The notes beneath the pieces were generated by a model. The model saw only the letters and a list, made by a program, of their open reading frames with translations, made no database searches and was not told the origin of the DNA. Made by a program: the position numbers and the translations under genes. A DNA stretch of 64,000 nucleotides from Lama guanicoe (taxonomy: Eukaryota): positions 5,102,399 through 5,166,398 of the forward strand of contig MU053934.1 in the NCBI GenBank assembly GCA_013239625.1, read 5' to 3'. Positions 11,750 to 25,418 of the stretch are shown here, piece by piece; position 1 is the first letter of the stretch, and each line of letters begins with the position of its first letter.

Positions 11750-13110
11750 TCACCTCCAAAGTTCTAACAGAGGAGGCTATACTGACTGTTTCCCTTCACT
11801 ACTTAGTTACTCTTTGAACCTTTGCAGCCTGTCTTCCAACCTCACCAACACACACTGAGGCTTTTTCCAAGGTTGCCAATTACCTAATGGTTAATTTCCC
11901 AGATATACTTTCAGGCTTTATCCTGTTCTGTTTGGTCTCCCTGTAGCTGTCAGCTCTTTTGACCACTCCCATCCCTTAAAATTTCTATAATTTTTAAAAT
12001 GACATATAGTAATATTGACTTACAGTGTGTGTAGTTTTCTGTGAATGTTAACCCATGTGACCACCACCACAATCAGAGTACAGAACAGTTCCATCACCCT
12101 CAAAAGTTTCCCCCATACTTTATCCCTTTTGATAGCCCTTTTTCCTGACTTCTGTCCCAGAGAGAAACAAACACTAAGGATCAGACTCAGGCTCCTTTTG
12201 TTGCCCCCCCCTCCTTGAAAATGTTATCTACTTTTGGGACTTTATCTATCTTCTAACCTGAGTGTCCATGGCTGATCTCTCTTCTGTTCTCTAAATCAAC
12301 ATCCATATTTACCCACTGGAATTCTTCCCTGGTCCTTCATGCTCAGTATGTTTAAAGTTGTGCCTCACTTTGCCTCTCAGCTAATGCCTCCCAAGCCAGC
12401 TCTCCATCCAATTTTTCTGTATTTTTCGGTGGTGCCATCCTTCTTCCAACCTTGCAACCCTGGAACACTTGGAGGGCCTTATATTACACTCTGTTATCCC
12501 AGATCTGGTATCCTGCTACTCAGCTCCAAATACTGGCTCCTGCCTCTTGGCTGCCAAGCCGGCTTCTATTCAGTAGGCTGAGTGGAGCACAGGTAGTTGG
12601 ACCACTTCCCTGGTCAAAACCCCTCATGGCTTCCCACTGCACTTAGACCCGTTTGGGATTTTATTTTTCATTCTGTGAGGCTTTGCAAGATTTAACCTCT
12701 GCCTGCCTCTCCAGCCTTCTCTCACCTTTTTATGGCTCACCCCCCCACCCCTTCCCGACGTTCATACTGCACAGTCTTCCTTTCAGTTCTGTGAACTACC
12801 CAAGCCTTTTCCAGCCTTAAGGTTTTTGACCATACCACTCTCCTGGTGTGGGCTGTTCTTCCCCCGTAGTCTTCACTCACCTGACTTTAGGGTTCCAATT
12901 AAATTGTCACTTCTTCAGAGGGGCTTTCCTTTATGACCTCGTCCACTACTTCCATCCACCCTCAGTTAGGCCTCTCAGAGCTCCTGTTCTTTTTTCAGAG
13001 CTTTCACCACAATTTGTGATTCAGAACCGTGTCTTTTTTGCTTCCCAAATGTCCAAAGCCGAGCCAAGTAAGAGGCATACAGTAAACTCTGGGTGAGTAT
13101 TTGTTGGCTG
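11750..13110 (+). mobile_element. Degenerate L2 LINE region with a small L1 fragment near 12.0-12.15 kb
   Basis: Pyrimidine-rich L2-like text such as tcaaaacccctcatggcttcccactgcacttaga and aaattgtcacttcttcagaggggctttcct. Confidence 0.6.
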
Positions 13111-13716
13111 TTTGTGAGTCTAGGCTTTTGCTTTTATAATTTATTGCTATTTTGTAGTTTCTGGTGGCCTTGCTTTCTACCTTCTACCTTCTCTGGGACT
13201 TGATTCCACTGGTGGAGGTCTTTCCACATGGAGATCGATCTGAAATTGCTAAGGAGGACACGGATCCGGTCTTGATCCTCTGCCTGGAGCCCTTACCAGC
13301 GAGCCAGGTCTAACCTGGACCTAAACCGTGGCTGGCCTTGCCAGTCCGCTGAGCAGTGCACCTTAGTTATCTGGGCTCACGTCAGTGCTTGCAGCTGTTA
13401 CTCTTCCCTCACCTCACCCTGGCTCTTGATTTCCTCCTCCTCTCTCCACCCAGCCTGGGACTTCCAAAGACCTTGTATACTTTCCAGCTGAGCCTGCTCA
13501 CCCTTTGACATTTGCCAGCCTTTTGACATTGACTAGTGCCTCTGGTATCTTGACCCTACAGATTGCCCCCACACTGGTCTTCCTGAAACAGTGCTTTGTT
13601 TATGTTTCCTGCCCCCTCCCCAAATGTACCACAAGCGCTTAAGTTTGAAAACCTTCAGTTGTGTTTCATTGCCTCGAGGGATTAAACTCTAGCTTGTTAT
13701 TTAAAGCTCTCTGGAC

Positions 13717-14033
13717 TAGCACTGTGCAGCAGAAAGAGAATGCAAGCCACAGATGTGAGCCACATATGTAATTTAAAATTTTCTAGTAACCACATTAAAA
13801 AGGTAGAAAGGGTGAAATTGATTTTCATAACACTTTAATTACTTCAGTATATCCAAAATATTATGTAAACATGTAATCGGTAAAAAAAAAATTGACACGC
13901 TTGACATTTTTTTCATGTGAAACTCTGAAACCTAGAATGTATTTTTTACTTAATACGTGTCAATTCAGACTAAGCACATTTCCAGTGCTCAGTAGCTCCA
14001 TGTGGCTAGTGGCTACCACGTGGGGCAGCACAG
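13717..14033 (+). mobile_element. MER33-like hAT-Charlie DNA transposon
   Basis: Hallmarks tgagccacatatgtaatttaaaattttctagtaaccacattaaaa and cacatttccagtgctcagtagctccatgtggctagtggctacc...cagcacag. Confidence 0.8.
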
Positions 14034-17000
14034 CTCTAAAACCGTGTCCTCAGTATTGTTGGAGTGTTATACCTGGGTAATTAACCACCACTGGCCTTTT
14101 GGTAACTCTGTTCCCCTTCCCTAGTACCAGCTCCTTATCCAAATATGCTAACCTACCTTGCTGAGACACCTAAGACCATCCCTAAACTTCAGTTCTTACT
14201 ATCTCCTCTGAGTCACTTTAACATTAATTTTTGTATGTCATTGTTTTTCCATATAGCAATTACTTATAATATTTATCAGTTTGTATTATAATTAGCGGTA
14301 ATGTTAAAGTATTTAACAACTGATCAGGCATGGGAATAGGTGCCTGATGAATTAGAACCGATGACAACTGAACCTGTGTTCTCATCTCTGTGTGTGCTGA
14401 ATTACAACTCTGATTGTCCTGGGTTGTGTATTGTTGGCTTCCTCTGTAAGACTGAGTTCCCTGAAGGCAGGCTTTTGTCTTACTCATGTTTGCATCCCTA
14501 ATATAGCTCCTTACCTGGCCTGTAGTAGACAATCTGAAAATACTTTAAATCAATGAACAAATGCTACCTTGTATTTTGTTTTATTTTTTATGTGCTATGT
14601 TTTTATCTTTTCAACTGGATACTAAAATGTAAGTCCTTTGAGGACAGAGGTCATGAATTATGAAGGAATAGATGGCAGTTTCTTGTTTCTTGGTTGTCTT
14701 CATAGGAGAATTTCTTCTGAATGAAGATTTGCTTTTAAAAAATAACTATGTTTAAATATTGTTATGTGTTTTCAGACTGAGTCAAAAATGAGGTTTGACT
14801 TTAATGAAACTTATTTTCTTTTGTGGTTTGTAAGGTGGCTCTGAAAGCAGCTTCAAAAGAAGAGCCCCTTGGAATTAATGCATACTTTTCCAGAGTTAGG
14901 GGCATGTTTGGTTACTGGAAGGGCAGTGAGCTAGAAGTTGAAAATCCTGTGTTCGTTTGTATTGCAGGCCTATGCTTGAGTATGATGTACTATGTTCCAA
15001 GCACAGGAATGATTAAGAATTCAAAACCTAGTAGTATAAAAAAAATGAAGTTTTAACACGGAGATGAAATTATGAATTCTTCCTTGGAAAACTTAATTCC
15101 TGTCTGCACCCTTGTACTTTACTCACTTCTATCATGGACACTACACTGTAGAGTGTTTCTAGATCTGTCTCTCCCACCAGATAGTGAGTTTCTTAAGAGC
15201 AAGGTTGTGGCATTCATCTCTGCATCCCCAAGCACACACTGCACTGCGCCTACCTTATTGTAGGCACTCAAATGTTTGTTGAATGAATATCCTCAAAAAA
15301 ATTACTTAGTTTTGCAGAACCTCAGTTTTTTTCTTTTGTAAGTGAGGAATCCTCTTCCTCAGAGAATTGTTGAAACTGCAGCAGGAATAATCATTTAAAA
15401 CTATAATTCTGTTCTGTATGTATGTTATACCTCAAATATAAAACATTTACCTAAAACACAAGTGTAATTCTAATTACATTTCTCCCCTACTTAAAACTGG
15501 TAATGAGTCCCCCAGACCCTGTAATCCACTCTCTAGAATACAAAATCATGAGAATAAGTCCCTTATCTGTCTTGTTCACTGAATGCCCAGTGAAGACCCT
15601 GCCTCATTCCCTGCCGCTCTCCCCTTTGCTGCCTAAACTCTTGCCACACGGACCCACTTCTGGTTCCTGAAATGCATATTCCTCCCCACTCAAGGTTTTT
15701 CTTCCCTGCATTTGCTGTTCTCGTGGTCTGGAAGCCTCCACCCCAACCCTAGTTGATGCCTCTTTAATCCTCAGAGTCCATTTTATGTGTCACTTTTTTA
15801 GTGATTTACTAATCCCCTCACTCCAGATTAGGAGATGTGTTCCCTTTAACACTCAGTTGTAATTAAATAATCGTTTCATCCATATATTGTTACCCTGCTA
15901 GAACATAGCTACATGAATGAAAATACCTTGTCTGTTTTGTTCACATTTGTATCAGCAGCATCTAGTGCTGTAAATTGCACAAAGTCCCCAATGAATATTT
16001 TTCAAATAAAGTCAGGAAACAGAAGTAAAAATAGAATTTTTAAAAAAGTCATTCTAATGTTTTAAATAAAGTAAATATATGGAGGCAGGGAGGGGCTTTC
16101 CGTTTTAAATTGTCTCCAGGTTCTACTTTTTTCTTAATTTCTACTTGTAATAGGTAAACATTTTAATATTACAGAAAGAATATTATAATCAAATTTTTTA
16201 ATTTTTCTGAAAATTTTATCTGGTCATTGTAGAGTTTAATGAGTATCTTTTAATCCTTATTAGTAGAAATGATCAGAATGGTTATTCTTTTAAACACTTT
16301 TTTATGTGGTAGGAACTCACATAACTGCAATTTCACTGAACGTTTGAGTGCATCCCATGTGCTGAATGCTATGTTACCAGATAGGACTACAAAGATGGGA
16401 TGAGAAGAGATCTTTGCTCCCAAGGAGTGCACAGCTAGGTAGGCGAGGCAGACACGAACACAGATGAGTGCCATTTGGTGCAGTAAGTGCTACAGTAGAC
16501 ACACACGGGAGGGGGCAGGGGTGAAAAGGAAAGTCATCAACACAACTGGAGGTCAGGAAAGCCTTTCCAGGGAAGGTGACACGCCCACTGAGTCACAGAG
16601 GAAGAGGGCATTTCAGGCAGAGGGAACAGCCTGTGTCCGCAGAGGCACGAAGGGGCGTATTTAGTATGTGGAGAAGATGACTAGCACAGTGGCATGCTTA
16701 TAAAGCTGGTGTTGGGGTACAGGGCCAGCAGCTGACTTACTGGCTAACTGCGATGTGTCAAGACTCAGACTCTTAGATTACACTGCATTTTAAACCTGGA
16801 AATAACCTTAGAAATAATCTGATTCCTTATATTTGAATTCATAAAGGCATTTCAGGTACCATTCAGAGAAGATAGTCATAAATCAGCATGGTGCTTGTCA
16901 TTTCTAATTAATATACTTGCTTGAGTATAGTGCCTAAAACCATGCAGATGATTTCAGGTGGAGTTAGAAAGTGGTGACTCATTTAAGCTTATCTAGGAGC

Positions 17001-18715
17001 AGAGAGTAAAGGAAATGACCTCCAGATTGCCTGAGGCTGATCCACCTCATAGGGCCAGATACTGAACCAGTGAAAGGGGTGAAATCAGAAAGGATTACCC
17101 AGAAGGGCCTCCAGGTACTTGTACTGGGAAAGATGATTTCTACAGCTTGAAATTTTAGTTTTACTTACCTCTAAATCTCCAAAGGGTTCACAGTACTAGC
17201 ATTAGCTTAATTTGATTCTCAGCTAAAAGTGAAGAAAGATTTATTGAATGGAAATTTAGCCTGTTGTCTTTCATTTTGACCCCTCTTTAGTTTAACAGCT
17301 CTTTGATTTCATGTCTCTTTCCATCCCTTTTTCTCAGCCCTGTTATTCTTAAGTAGTGCCTCCTTTTCCCCTGTTCACCCCAACTCTTGCCATCTTTCAT
17401 TCTGTTGTTGTTTTCAAGTACAGTTGTGGAATGTCTGCACTTTATTGACTAACCAGTTTCTCAGCTTTTCATATTCAGAGCTTGATATTTTTGAGAATGA
17501 GAAGTGATTAAGCTCTGGCAGTGCTGATCACACTCAGAAGATGATAATTGACCTATTGGAATGTCAATTGCTACAAATTCCTGTGTGTTTCTATTGACCT
17601 ACATTACAAGGGGCTAAGGAGATAATGGATGGTAGGGAGAATGACAGCAGTGAGTATAGTTTATTTCAAGATGTTTGGAAAAGAAAGGAAGGAGAAAATA
17701 TAAGAGGGCAAGGTTGAGAAGTCACCAGCATCTTAAAGTAAGATAGAAAATCTATTTAAAGGTGTATAAAGGACCCAGGAGGGAAAGAAAAATTGAAGCT
17801 GCTTAAATGGAGAATGTAGCTGGTAATTGATGGGGCCGGGCCACCAGATTCTTCCCAAGGGAATAGGTGGAGTGATAATTGTTAGAAGTTCCTTGTAGTT
17901 CCTCTGCTAAAGAAGAGGAATTCAGGAGTTCTCTCTTGGATACCTGGAGCCCAAAGCAGGTTTATACTACTTTGTTTTTTTTCTACATCACTCAGCAAAG
18001 TGGTTTAGGTATAAACAGTCTAAGAGATCAATCCTCAGTATTGAAAGAAGATACTGATTATAACTTTAAACTTGGTCCACTTACCAGGTCATACTATCTG
18101 TGATTTATGACAAATGAACATGTTTATTAATCCTGTATCTTGTGAATAGTACAGTTACATTGTATTCTTTCCCTAAAAGTGTGAATTTATTACATGTATA
18201 CATTTAAAATGTACTGCAGTTTTTATAATGCCTTCTTGGCATGTTTTTACCTTAAAAACATTACTAAGAACCTCAAAAAGTGGAAAGGCCCAGGTCACTA
18301 TATCAAGAGAAATGTCTTGAGCATCTCCTGAGTTCTGATGTGGTGGAAGGAGATACAAAATAAAAGATGAAACCAAGGTCCTCCTAGGAGCTAGATGTTT
18401 TTCCTGCTGTGAAAATTTTGCTGACGGTGCATCAAGCTTAGTAATATCCTTTTCATGAGGAGATATTTTACCCAGATGTATATCTCTTTGGGACTTCTAA
18501 ATATAGAACTCTCCACTTAGATGTATCATGGACAACAGATTTTAAAATAAATCTTTCACCAACTACTTTTTTTTTTGTCAACCATCTTTTCTCTATAAAA
18601 GTTTCATATTTTTATACCAAAGTGTTTTAGATTTATCATTTTTTGTTTTGCAGTTGGCTCTATCCCCTTAAACAAAAGGGCACACTAATTATTGATTCTC
18701 ACTTAAACCACGCAG

Positions 18716-18962
18716 GTGGGTCTGTGGATTGGCATAAAGAGAGGAGGTTTGTTTCTGCCCCCACATTCCCAATATGTGGCTGAGACACAGGCCTGTGGGT
18801 GGGGGAGTTGGAGGGGGGTGGAGGATGTTACTTTTAAAGCACCAAGAGAATTAGTGAAAAGGCTCTTTGTGGAAATAACAAAAACAAAACAAAAGAATGA
18901 AAATGCAGAAGACATCACATTTCAAGCCAGTAAGGGCTGGTTTGAAAACTTTAAAAAGGGGA
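18716..18962 (+). mobile_element. Tigger/pogo transposase fossil fragment (CENP-B-type HTH region)
   Basis: Translation ...VKRLFVEI...ITFQASKGWFENFKK matches the FxASxGWFxxFKxR motif of Tigger/CENP-B DNA-binding domains. No DDE domain follows. Confidence 0.65.
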
Positions 18963-19698
18963 CCCTGTGCTCCACACACAGCTTGTGAGGTGGCCTCAGC
19001 ACATTGTGACACCACCCCACGCTTCCCGAACCTGCCAGAGCCAGGGCTCCACACTGATGCAGCGTGTTTGCTTTTGAAACAAATGCTCCCTAGACTTGTA
19101 TTTACTGCACTTAAAAATGGGTATTTAATGTCATATTCTCTTGCTTTCCTTTAATCTCCTATTTTTCAGACCTTGGGTTTATTATCATGCGGGGCACCTT
19201 TCAATAAGGTAACTCTGGAAGCTGAAGACAAGGCCTCTGCTTCACCTCCCTTAATGATTTGTTCATTCTGTTGGGTCCCATCATTGGGAACCATCCTCCC
19301 AATACCTGAATCTTGAAATCCTGAAACACTGAATCTTGAAACGTTGTCATGTCTTTTAACTCTTTTGTATGTGGCTTTGGACTTCAGGCCTCTCTTTCTG
19401 TTTCTGGCCGACATCCTGCTTCTAAGTCATCCTCAGGCTAGATTATTAAAATAGCTTCCTGTCGGTGCTCCTGTTCCACTTTCTCCCCAGAATACATTTC
19501 CTACGTACTATTTTCTTTTCCCTTCTTGATCAACCTTTCTTACTCTGTGAAATCCAAACCCCCATCTCCGAGCCAGGTCTCCTAATGCTTCCCTCAGTCA
19601 ACTATCAGTCATCCCCTCGCTTTGAGTCTTTGTTTGCTACCATCCAGTCTTTTCTCTGTATTCCATGTGATTTTCTCCCCATTTGTCCCCATATTTTA

Positions 19699-19854
19699 TT
19701 TTAATTTTTTAATTTGTTTTTACTTTTGAGGGGAGGTAATAAAGTTTATTTATTCATTTACTTTTTTTTTTTTTTGAGGAGATTCTGGGGATTGGAACCC
19801 AGGACCTCGTTCATTCTAAGCACGCGCCATGCCACTTGGGCAATACCCTCCCCC
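19699..19854 (-). mobile_element. tRNA-Ala-derived camelid-type SINE (Vic-1-like), short form
   Basis: Minus strand has a tRNA-like head with A and B boxes and an A-rich tail; 16-bp TSD TTGTCCCCATATTTTA at 19683-19698 and 19855-19870. Confidence 0.88.
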
Positions 19855-20200
19855 TTGTCCCCATATTTTATAAGGGCTCTGCTTTATGTAAAATAGTCTC
19901 CCTTGTTTCTGAATTCCAAACCATTTTTCTTCCTCTTTCTCAAAAAGCCTTCTCTAAACTGTCTTCCTGGAAGTCTTTCATTATTAACGACCTCTTCGTT
20001 TGGGTACAGCTTGTTTTTATTGGTACGATTGTGACTCTAATGAACCAAGAAAGTTAGCCAATTTTGTTCATTACTTCTGGTGGCATTTTTGTAAGGCAAT
20101 TATATCAGTTAACAAGAAAATTTTACTGTCTAATCTTTGAGTTCTAATTCCTGCCTTATTGTACTGGCTAGGTACTCAAGTGCCATAATGGAAGTAGTAT

Positions 20201-21591
20201 GTATGTATGTATGTATGTATTTATTTATTTAACATTTTTTTATTGATTTATTTTACAATTTTGTGTCAAATTCCAGTGTACAGCACAATTTTTCAGTTAT
20301 GCATGAACATATATATATTCATTGTCCTATTTTTTTCTCTGTGAGCTACCGTAAGATCTTGTATATATTTCCCTATGCTATACAGTATAATCTTGTTTGT
20401 CTGTTCTACAATTTTGAAATCCCAGTCTATCTCTTCCCACCCCCCGCCTCCTTGGCAACCCACAAGTTTATATTCCATGTCTGTGAGTCTATTTCTATTT
20501 TGTATTTATGCTTTGTTTGTTTGTTTGTTTTAGATTCCACATATGAGTGATCTCATACGGTAGTTTTCTTTCTCTTTCTGGCTTATTTCACTTAGAATGA
20601 CATTCTCCAGGAGCATCCATGTTGCTGCAAATGGCGTTATGTTGTCGGTTTTTATGGCTGAGTAGTATTCCATCGTATAAATATACCACATCTTCTTTAT
20701 TCAGTCATCTGTTGATGGACATTTAGGCTGTTTCCATGTCTTGGCTATTGTAAATAGTGCTGCTGTGAACATTGGGGTGCAGGCGTCTTCCTGAAGTAGG
20801 GTTCCTTCTGGATATATGCCCAGGAGCGGGATTCCTGGGTCATACGGTAAGTCTATTCCTAGTCTTTTGAGGAATCGCCATACTGTTTTCCATAGTGGCT
20901 GCACCAAACTGCATTCCCACCAGCAGTGAAGGAGGGTTCCCTTTTCTCCACAGCCTTTCCAGCATTTGTCATTTGTGGATTTTTGAGTGATGGCCATTCT
21001 GACTGGTGTGAGGTGATACCTCATTGTAGTTTTGATTTGCATTTCTCTGATAATTAGTGATATTGAGCATTTTTTCATGTGCCTATTGATCATTTGTATG
21101 TCTTCCTTGGAGAATTGCTTGTTTAGGTCTCTGCCCATTTTTGGATTGGGTTGTTTATTTTTTTCTTATTGAGTTGTATGAGCTGCTTATATATTCTGGA
21201 GATCAAGCCTTTGTTGGTTTCATTTGCAAAAATTTTTACCCATTCAGTAGGTTGTCGTCTTGTTTTACTTATGGCTTCCTTTGCTGTGCAGAAGCTTGTA
21301 AGTTTCATTAGGTCCCATTTGTTTATTCTTGCTTTAATTTCTTCTAGGAGAAAATTTTTGAAATGTATGTCAGATAATGTTTTGCCTATGTTTTCCTCTA
21401 GGAGGTTTATTGTATCTTGTCTTATGTTTAAGTCTTTGATCCATCTTGAGTTGATTTTTGTGTATGGTGTAAGAGAGTGTTCTAGCTTCATTGTTTTACA
21501 TGGTGTTGTCCAGTTTTCCCAGCACCATTTGTTGAAGAGACTGTCTTTATTCCATTGTATATTCTTGCCTCCTTTGTTGAAGATTAGTTGA
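20201..21591 (-). mobile_element. Young lineage-specific L1, 5'-truncated (ORF2 C-terminus plus 3' UTR), copy 1
   Basis: ORFs 21123-21491 and 20701-21138 encode the L1 ORF2 C-terminus ([33 protein letters not shown]), broken by a frameshift and a stop. Tail has decayed to (ATAA)n(ATAC)n. 18-bp TSD CCATAATGGAAGTRGTAT at 20183-20200 and 21592-21609. Confidence 0.95.
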
Positions 21592-21609
21592 CCATAATGG
21601 AAGTGGTAT

Positions 21610-22349
21610 TACACAACAGATGCTGGCAAGAATGTGGGGAAAAGGGAACCCTTGAATGCTGTTGGTGGAAATATAAATTGGTACAGCCACTGTGTATGGA
21701 GGTTTCTCAAAAATCTAAAAATATTACTACTATATGACCCAACAGTTCCACTTCTGGTATATATTTGAAAAAAAATGAAAACACTAATTTGAAAAGATAA
21801 TGCACTCCTGGGTTCACTGCAGTGTTATTTATAGTAGCCAAGATATGGAAGCAACAGATGAATAGATAAAAGAAGATATGGATATATATAGCCGTATATA
21901 TATGTACACACATATACGTGCATACAATGGAATACTACTTAGGGATAAAAAATGATGAAATATTGCCATTTGCAACAACATGGATGGACTTGGAGGGTTT
22001 TATGCTTAGTGAAATGTCAGAGAAAGGCAAATACTGTATATCACTTATATGTAGAATGTGAAAAATAAACTAGTAAATATTAACAAAAAAAGAACATTCA
22101 AAGAGAGAGCAAACTAGTAGCAGTGAGGAGAGGGAAGAGGGTAGGGGTAAGATAGGGGTAGAGGATTAAGATATACAAGCTACTAAATATAAAATAAATA
22201 AGCTATAAAGATATATTATACAACATAGGGAATATAGCCAATATTTAATTTTAATGTAAATGAAAGATAACCTTTAAAAATTGTGAGTCTGTTGTACACC
22301 TGAAATATGTAGTATTGTATATCAATTATACCTCAAAAAATTAAAAAAA
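21610..22349 (+). mobile_element. Older L1 (L1MA-type) 3' fragment
   Basis: cagatgctggcaagaatgtggggaaaagggaaccc...tgccatttgcaacaacatggatggacttggaggg...tatatcaattatacctcaa followed by an A tail. Confidence 0.88.
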
Positions 22350-22429
22350 GAAGTAGTGTAAATGGGCATCTTTGCTTTTTTTTCCCAGACTTAGAGGGAA
22401 AGCATTGACTGTTACGTGTGAAGTTAGCT

Positions 22430-22830
22430 GCATTCTTCCTGGTCCCTTGGCTGAATGCTCGAGGGGCCCCCTGCAGATTGATGGTGTTCTTCTCTGTGCA
22501 GCGCTCTCCTCTCCAGCACTACTGTCTGCTGCAGACTCTAGCTCTCTTAGACGTCCCTGAATGTCAGCTCCATCAACTAAGGGAAGTTTCTGAGTTCTAC
22601 CTGGGTTCCCTCTCCCTGCACTTAGGCCTGAAAACTCCCTAGGCAGCAAGCTAGGGCAACTTTAGGCTCACCTTGTTTGTTTACCACCTTTCAGGAATCA
22701 CTGTCCTTCCTCACCTGATGTCCAGTGTTTCAAAAGCTGTCATTTTATGTATTTTGTCCAAATTTTTAGTTGTTTCAGTTATAAGGGCACATCTGACCCC
22801 TGTTACTCTGTCTTCTCTGGAAGTGGAAGT
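22430..22830 (-). mobile_element. Ancient L1M 5'-end fragment
   Basis: Similar to 32850-33080 (ctcacctt...atcactgt...ttttgtccaaatttttagttgttt...gaagtggaagt), the antisense 5' terminus of old L1M families. Confidence 0.6.
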
Positions 22831-25418
22831 CCTGCCTTTTCTTAAAACATCTGAGGAATTATTTAGGAGTTGCTTCCAGAGTATGAGATATTCTTTGGAA
22901 TTTCCGTAGGGGAAAAAATCTTCATTCTTTCAGGGTGGATTTGATTTTGGGGAGCAACCAAGAGTCACTTTCTCAGGTCTGGGTAAATGATTTGTCTGGG
23001 TAATACCGTTTGGGGTTCAAAATGAATTCAAAGTGATGAGGCAGGTTTCCTTGTGTGATTTGTAAACTGTTTTGGAAGCATAGTAGGAGTTGCAACATAT
23101 TTTCAGTGATGGCATCCTGACTGAGATAAATATAAATCTTTTTAGGGGGTGTGTATTTTCAACAATAACTTTAATTTGGATATTTTTTATACATTTATTG
23201 GTATACACTTAGTATCAGATTATATTTACCACTGGTGCTTAACTGCTTCTTAGTAAGCTTTCTCAAATTGTTTTTATGTGATATTCTCTCTCCAACTTGA
23301 TTATAAACTCACTGACATCTGGATACTTTTATGCATTTCTTCAGTACACTGTACTTTTAACTGTGGAAGCTCCTTAAATCATGATAGTCAGCTAATTTCT
23401 GCACAAGGCAACTAAGATTACCCTGTCAGAATTCATTGCATGATATAAAAGGATGTAAAATTGGGTTTTGATACCCGTACAGCATTATTAATGCCTTCAT
23501 GATTTAAATATAAAGTTATTTGGAAAGATGTTGAGTTCCAGGATCATGAGCACGTATCTGTATCTGTCTTACATTGTAGGAATTATGTGAATGACCTAGT
23601 TCAAAAAGATGCCTTGAATCTGGATCTGTTATGTAATTAACCAGGGAATATTCTTAGAACCTAGTAGATTGCTATATACACTACATTTTATGCAGCCTTA
23701 ATCACTGGGTGTAATTCTTTGGGGCGGGGGTAAAATTCTTTTCCCACAGTCTTTGTTTTCTAGCACCTGAAGTTCCCATTAGTCCCAACCCCACCCCTCC
23801 ATTAGGAAATAAGGATTTTAAAAACATATTATTAATGGATTAAAATCTTAGATTTTTAGCTTTCAACTTTGATTTTCTCTAACTTCATATTTTTAGTTAA
23901 CTGAATTTGTAGCTTTACATTTCTTTTATAGTAAATCTTATAATAGAGAGTTTGGAAACTTATAGGATGTCCTCTTGGCTTGCTTTTTATCCTTGATGTT
24001 CTTGTTCCTTAGTATCTTTTTGTTGTCTTTTTTTTTTTCTCCTCTTTACTTCCATTTCTGTTTTGTTTAAGTAAAAGGGAGATTATGGTGGGACATTTTT
24101 CTTTTAAACTCTTACGTATGAAATGGACCTAAGTCCAAATTTACCCTGACATTTTTAATTCTTATTTTTAACTAATTTAGAATTTCATATATCATATATG
24201 ATATTCTCATATATACTATTTCTGGTGGCCACAGATTTTTCTTGGATAGTAGGAATCACAATTTAGTAAATGATACTTGCAAAATAGCATTATTCTGTGT
24301 TTCCAAGATGTAGCAATGACCATTTTTGCATTATTGCTTTAAGGAGTATTTTGAGTTATTTTTCAGACTTTAGTTTCTTTGAGTAGTGTAACTTTGTGAG
24401 AGCTTCCTTTGGACAGAAATAGTTTGGGGTTCTTCTCTACCCCATACATTTATTAAAAGGGGTTTTCACTGCTCTCATGTCTGCCAGTTGTGAGATGAGG
24501 TTCCTTTTTGGCTACATTGTTTCTAGTATTTGCTAGTTGGCTATGTGAGAGAGAGTCAGAGAGGGAGGGAGGATTGGGTATTGTTAAAAAGAAAAAATTA
24601 ACCTATTTTGTTTCCTGTAGATGCAGGGGTTTAAAATATGGTACTATATATTTATTAAAATGTTCATTCTTTTCCTACTTTTCATATGAAATCTTCTAAA
24701 TTACTCTTCATTATAATTAATTACAGGTTCTTAGTCTTATGCCTTAGTTCTTGCTTTAATCTGCTTTATAGTTTTCTTTCTATAATAGAAACTTTTGAGT
24801 TTTGCAAGCTTTGTTATCATTTGTCACTTAGTTATATATTATAATAGAACTGATACATAACTGGCTAAAATATATAATTTTCCTTTACTTGTGCATTTTC
24901 TATTCCTTGACTTTTTATTTTGTGTTCTATTCCTTGATAACTACTTGGATTCTGTCACTTCTTCTTGATTTTGACTCTTTTTTGATGATTTAAATTGGTA
25001 CTTGTTAATGTTTTAAACCTATGTTCCTCTTTGATACATTTAAAAAAAACTTATGCCCTTTTGTTTTTTGTTGGTTTTTTTTAACATAAAAGTAAAGATC
25101 AAAGCATACTGATTTCTATTCTAACTGGCCTGCTTTTTAAACTGTACTGTCTTTATCCCATTCTGATACCACCCTCCTGTCAAAGGCTGATTTTAATGTT
25201 GCCTTCAGAGAGGTCAACTTAAAGTAATGTTGAAATGGTATAAAATATTCTAACTAATAATGCAGTTATAGAATTATAGATATTCAAAGTAGAATATTGT
25301 AATAGTAATATACTTTAATAAAAATAATTAGTTTAACTTACTTTATAGAAATATTTTTAGAAAAAGATGTATATTTCAGTAGAGGTTGACAGGACCATTT
25401 TAATGATAACCGACTTTT

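Noticed and set aside
13190..13560. Possible old LTR fragment (also 58270-58600)
   Set aside because: Composition is suggestive, but I cannot assign a family or boundaries without a Dfam search.
20701..21491. ORFs with clear protein homology
   Set aside because: L1 ORF2 C-terminal remnants with a frameshift and a premature stop; not a host CDS.
20201..22349. Single L1 with a twin-priming inversion
   Set aside because: The two parts cover the same ORF2 region, have different 3' UTRs and tails, and have separate TSDs.
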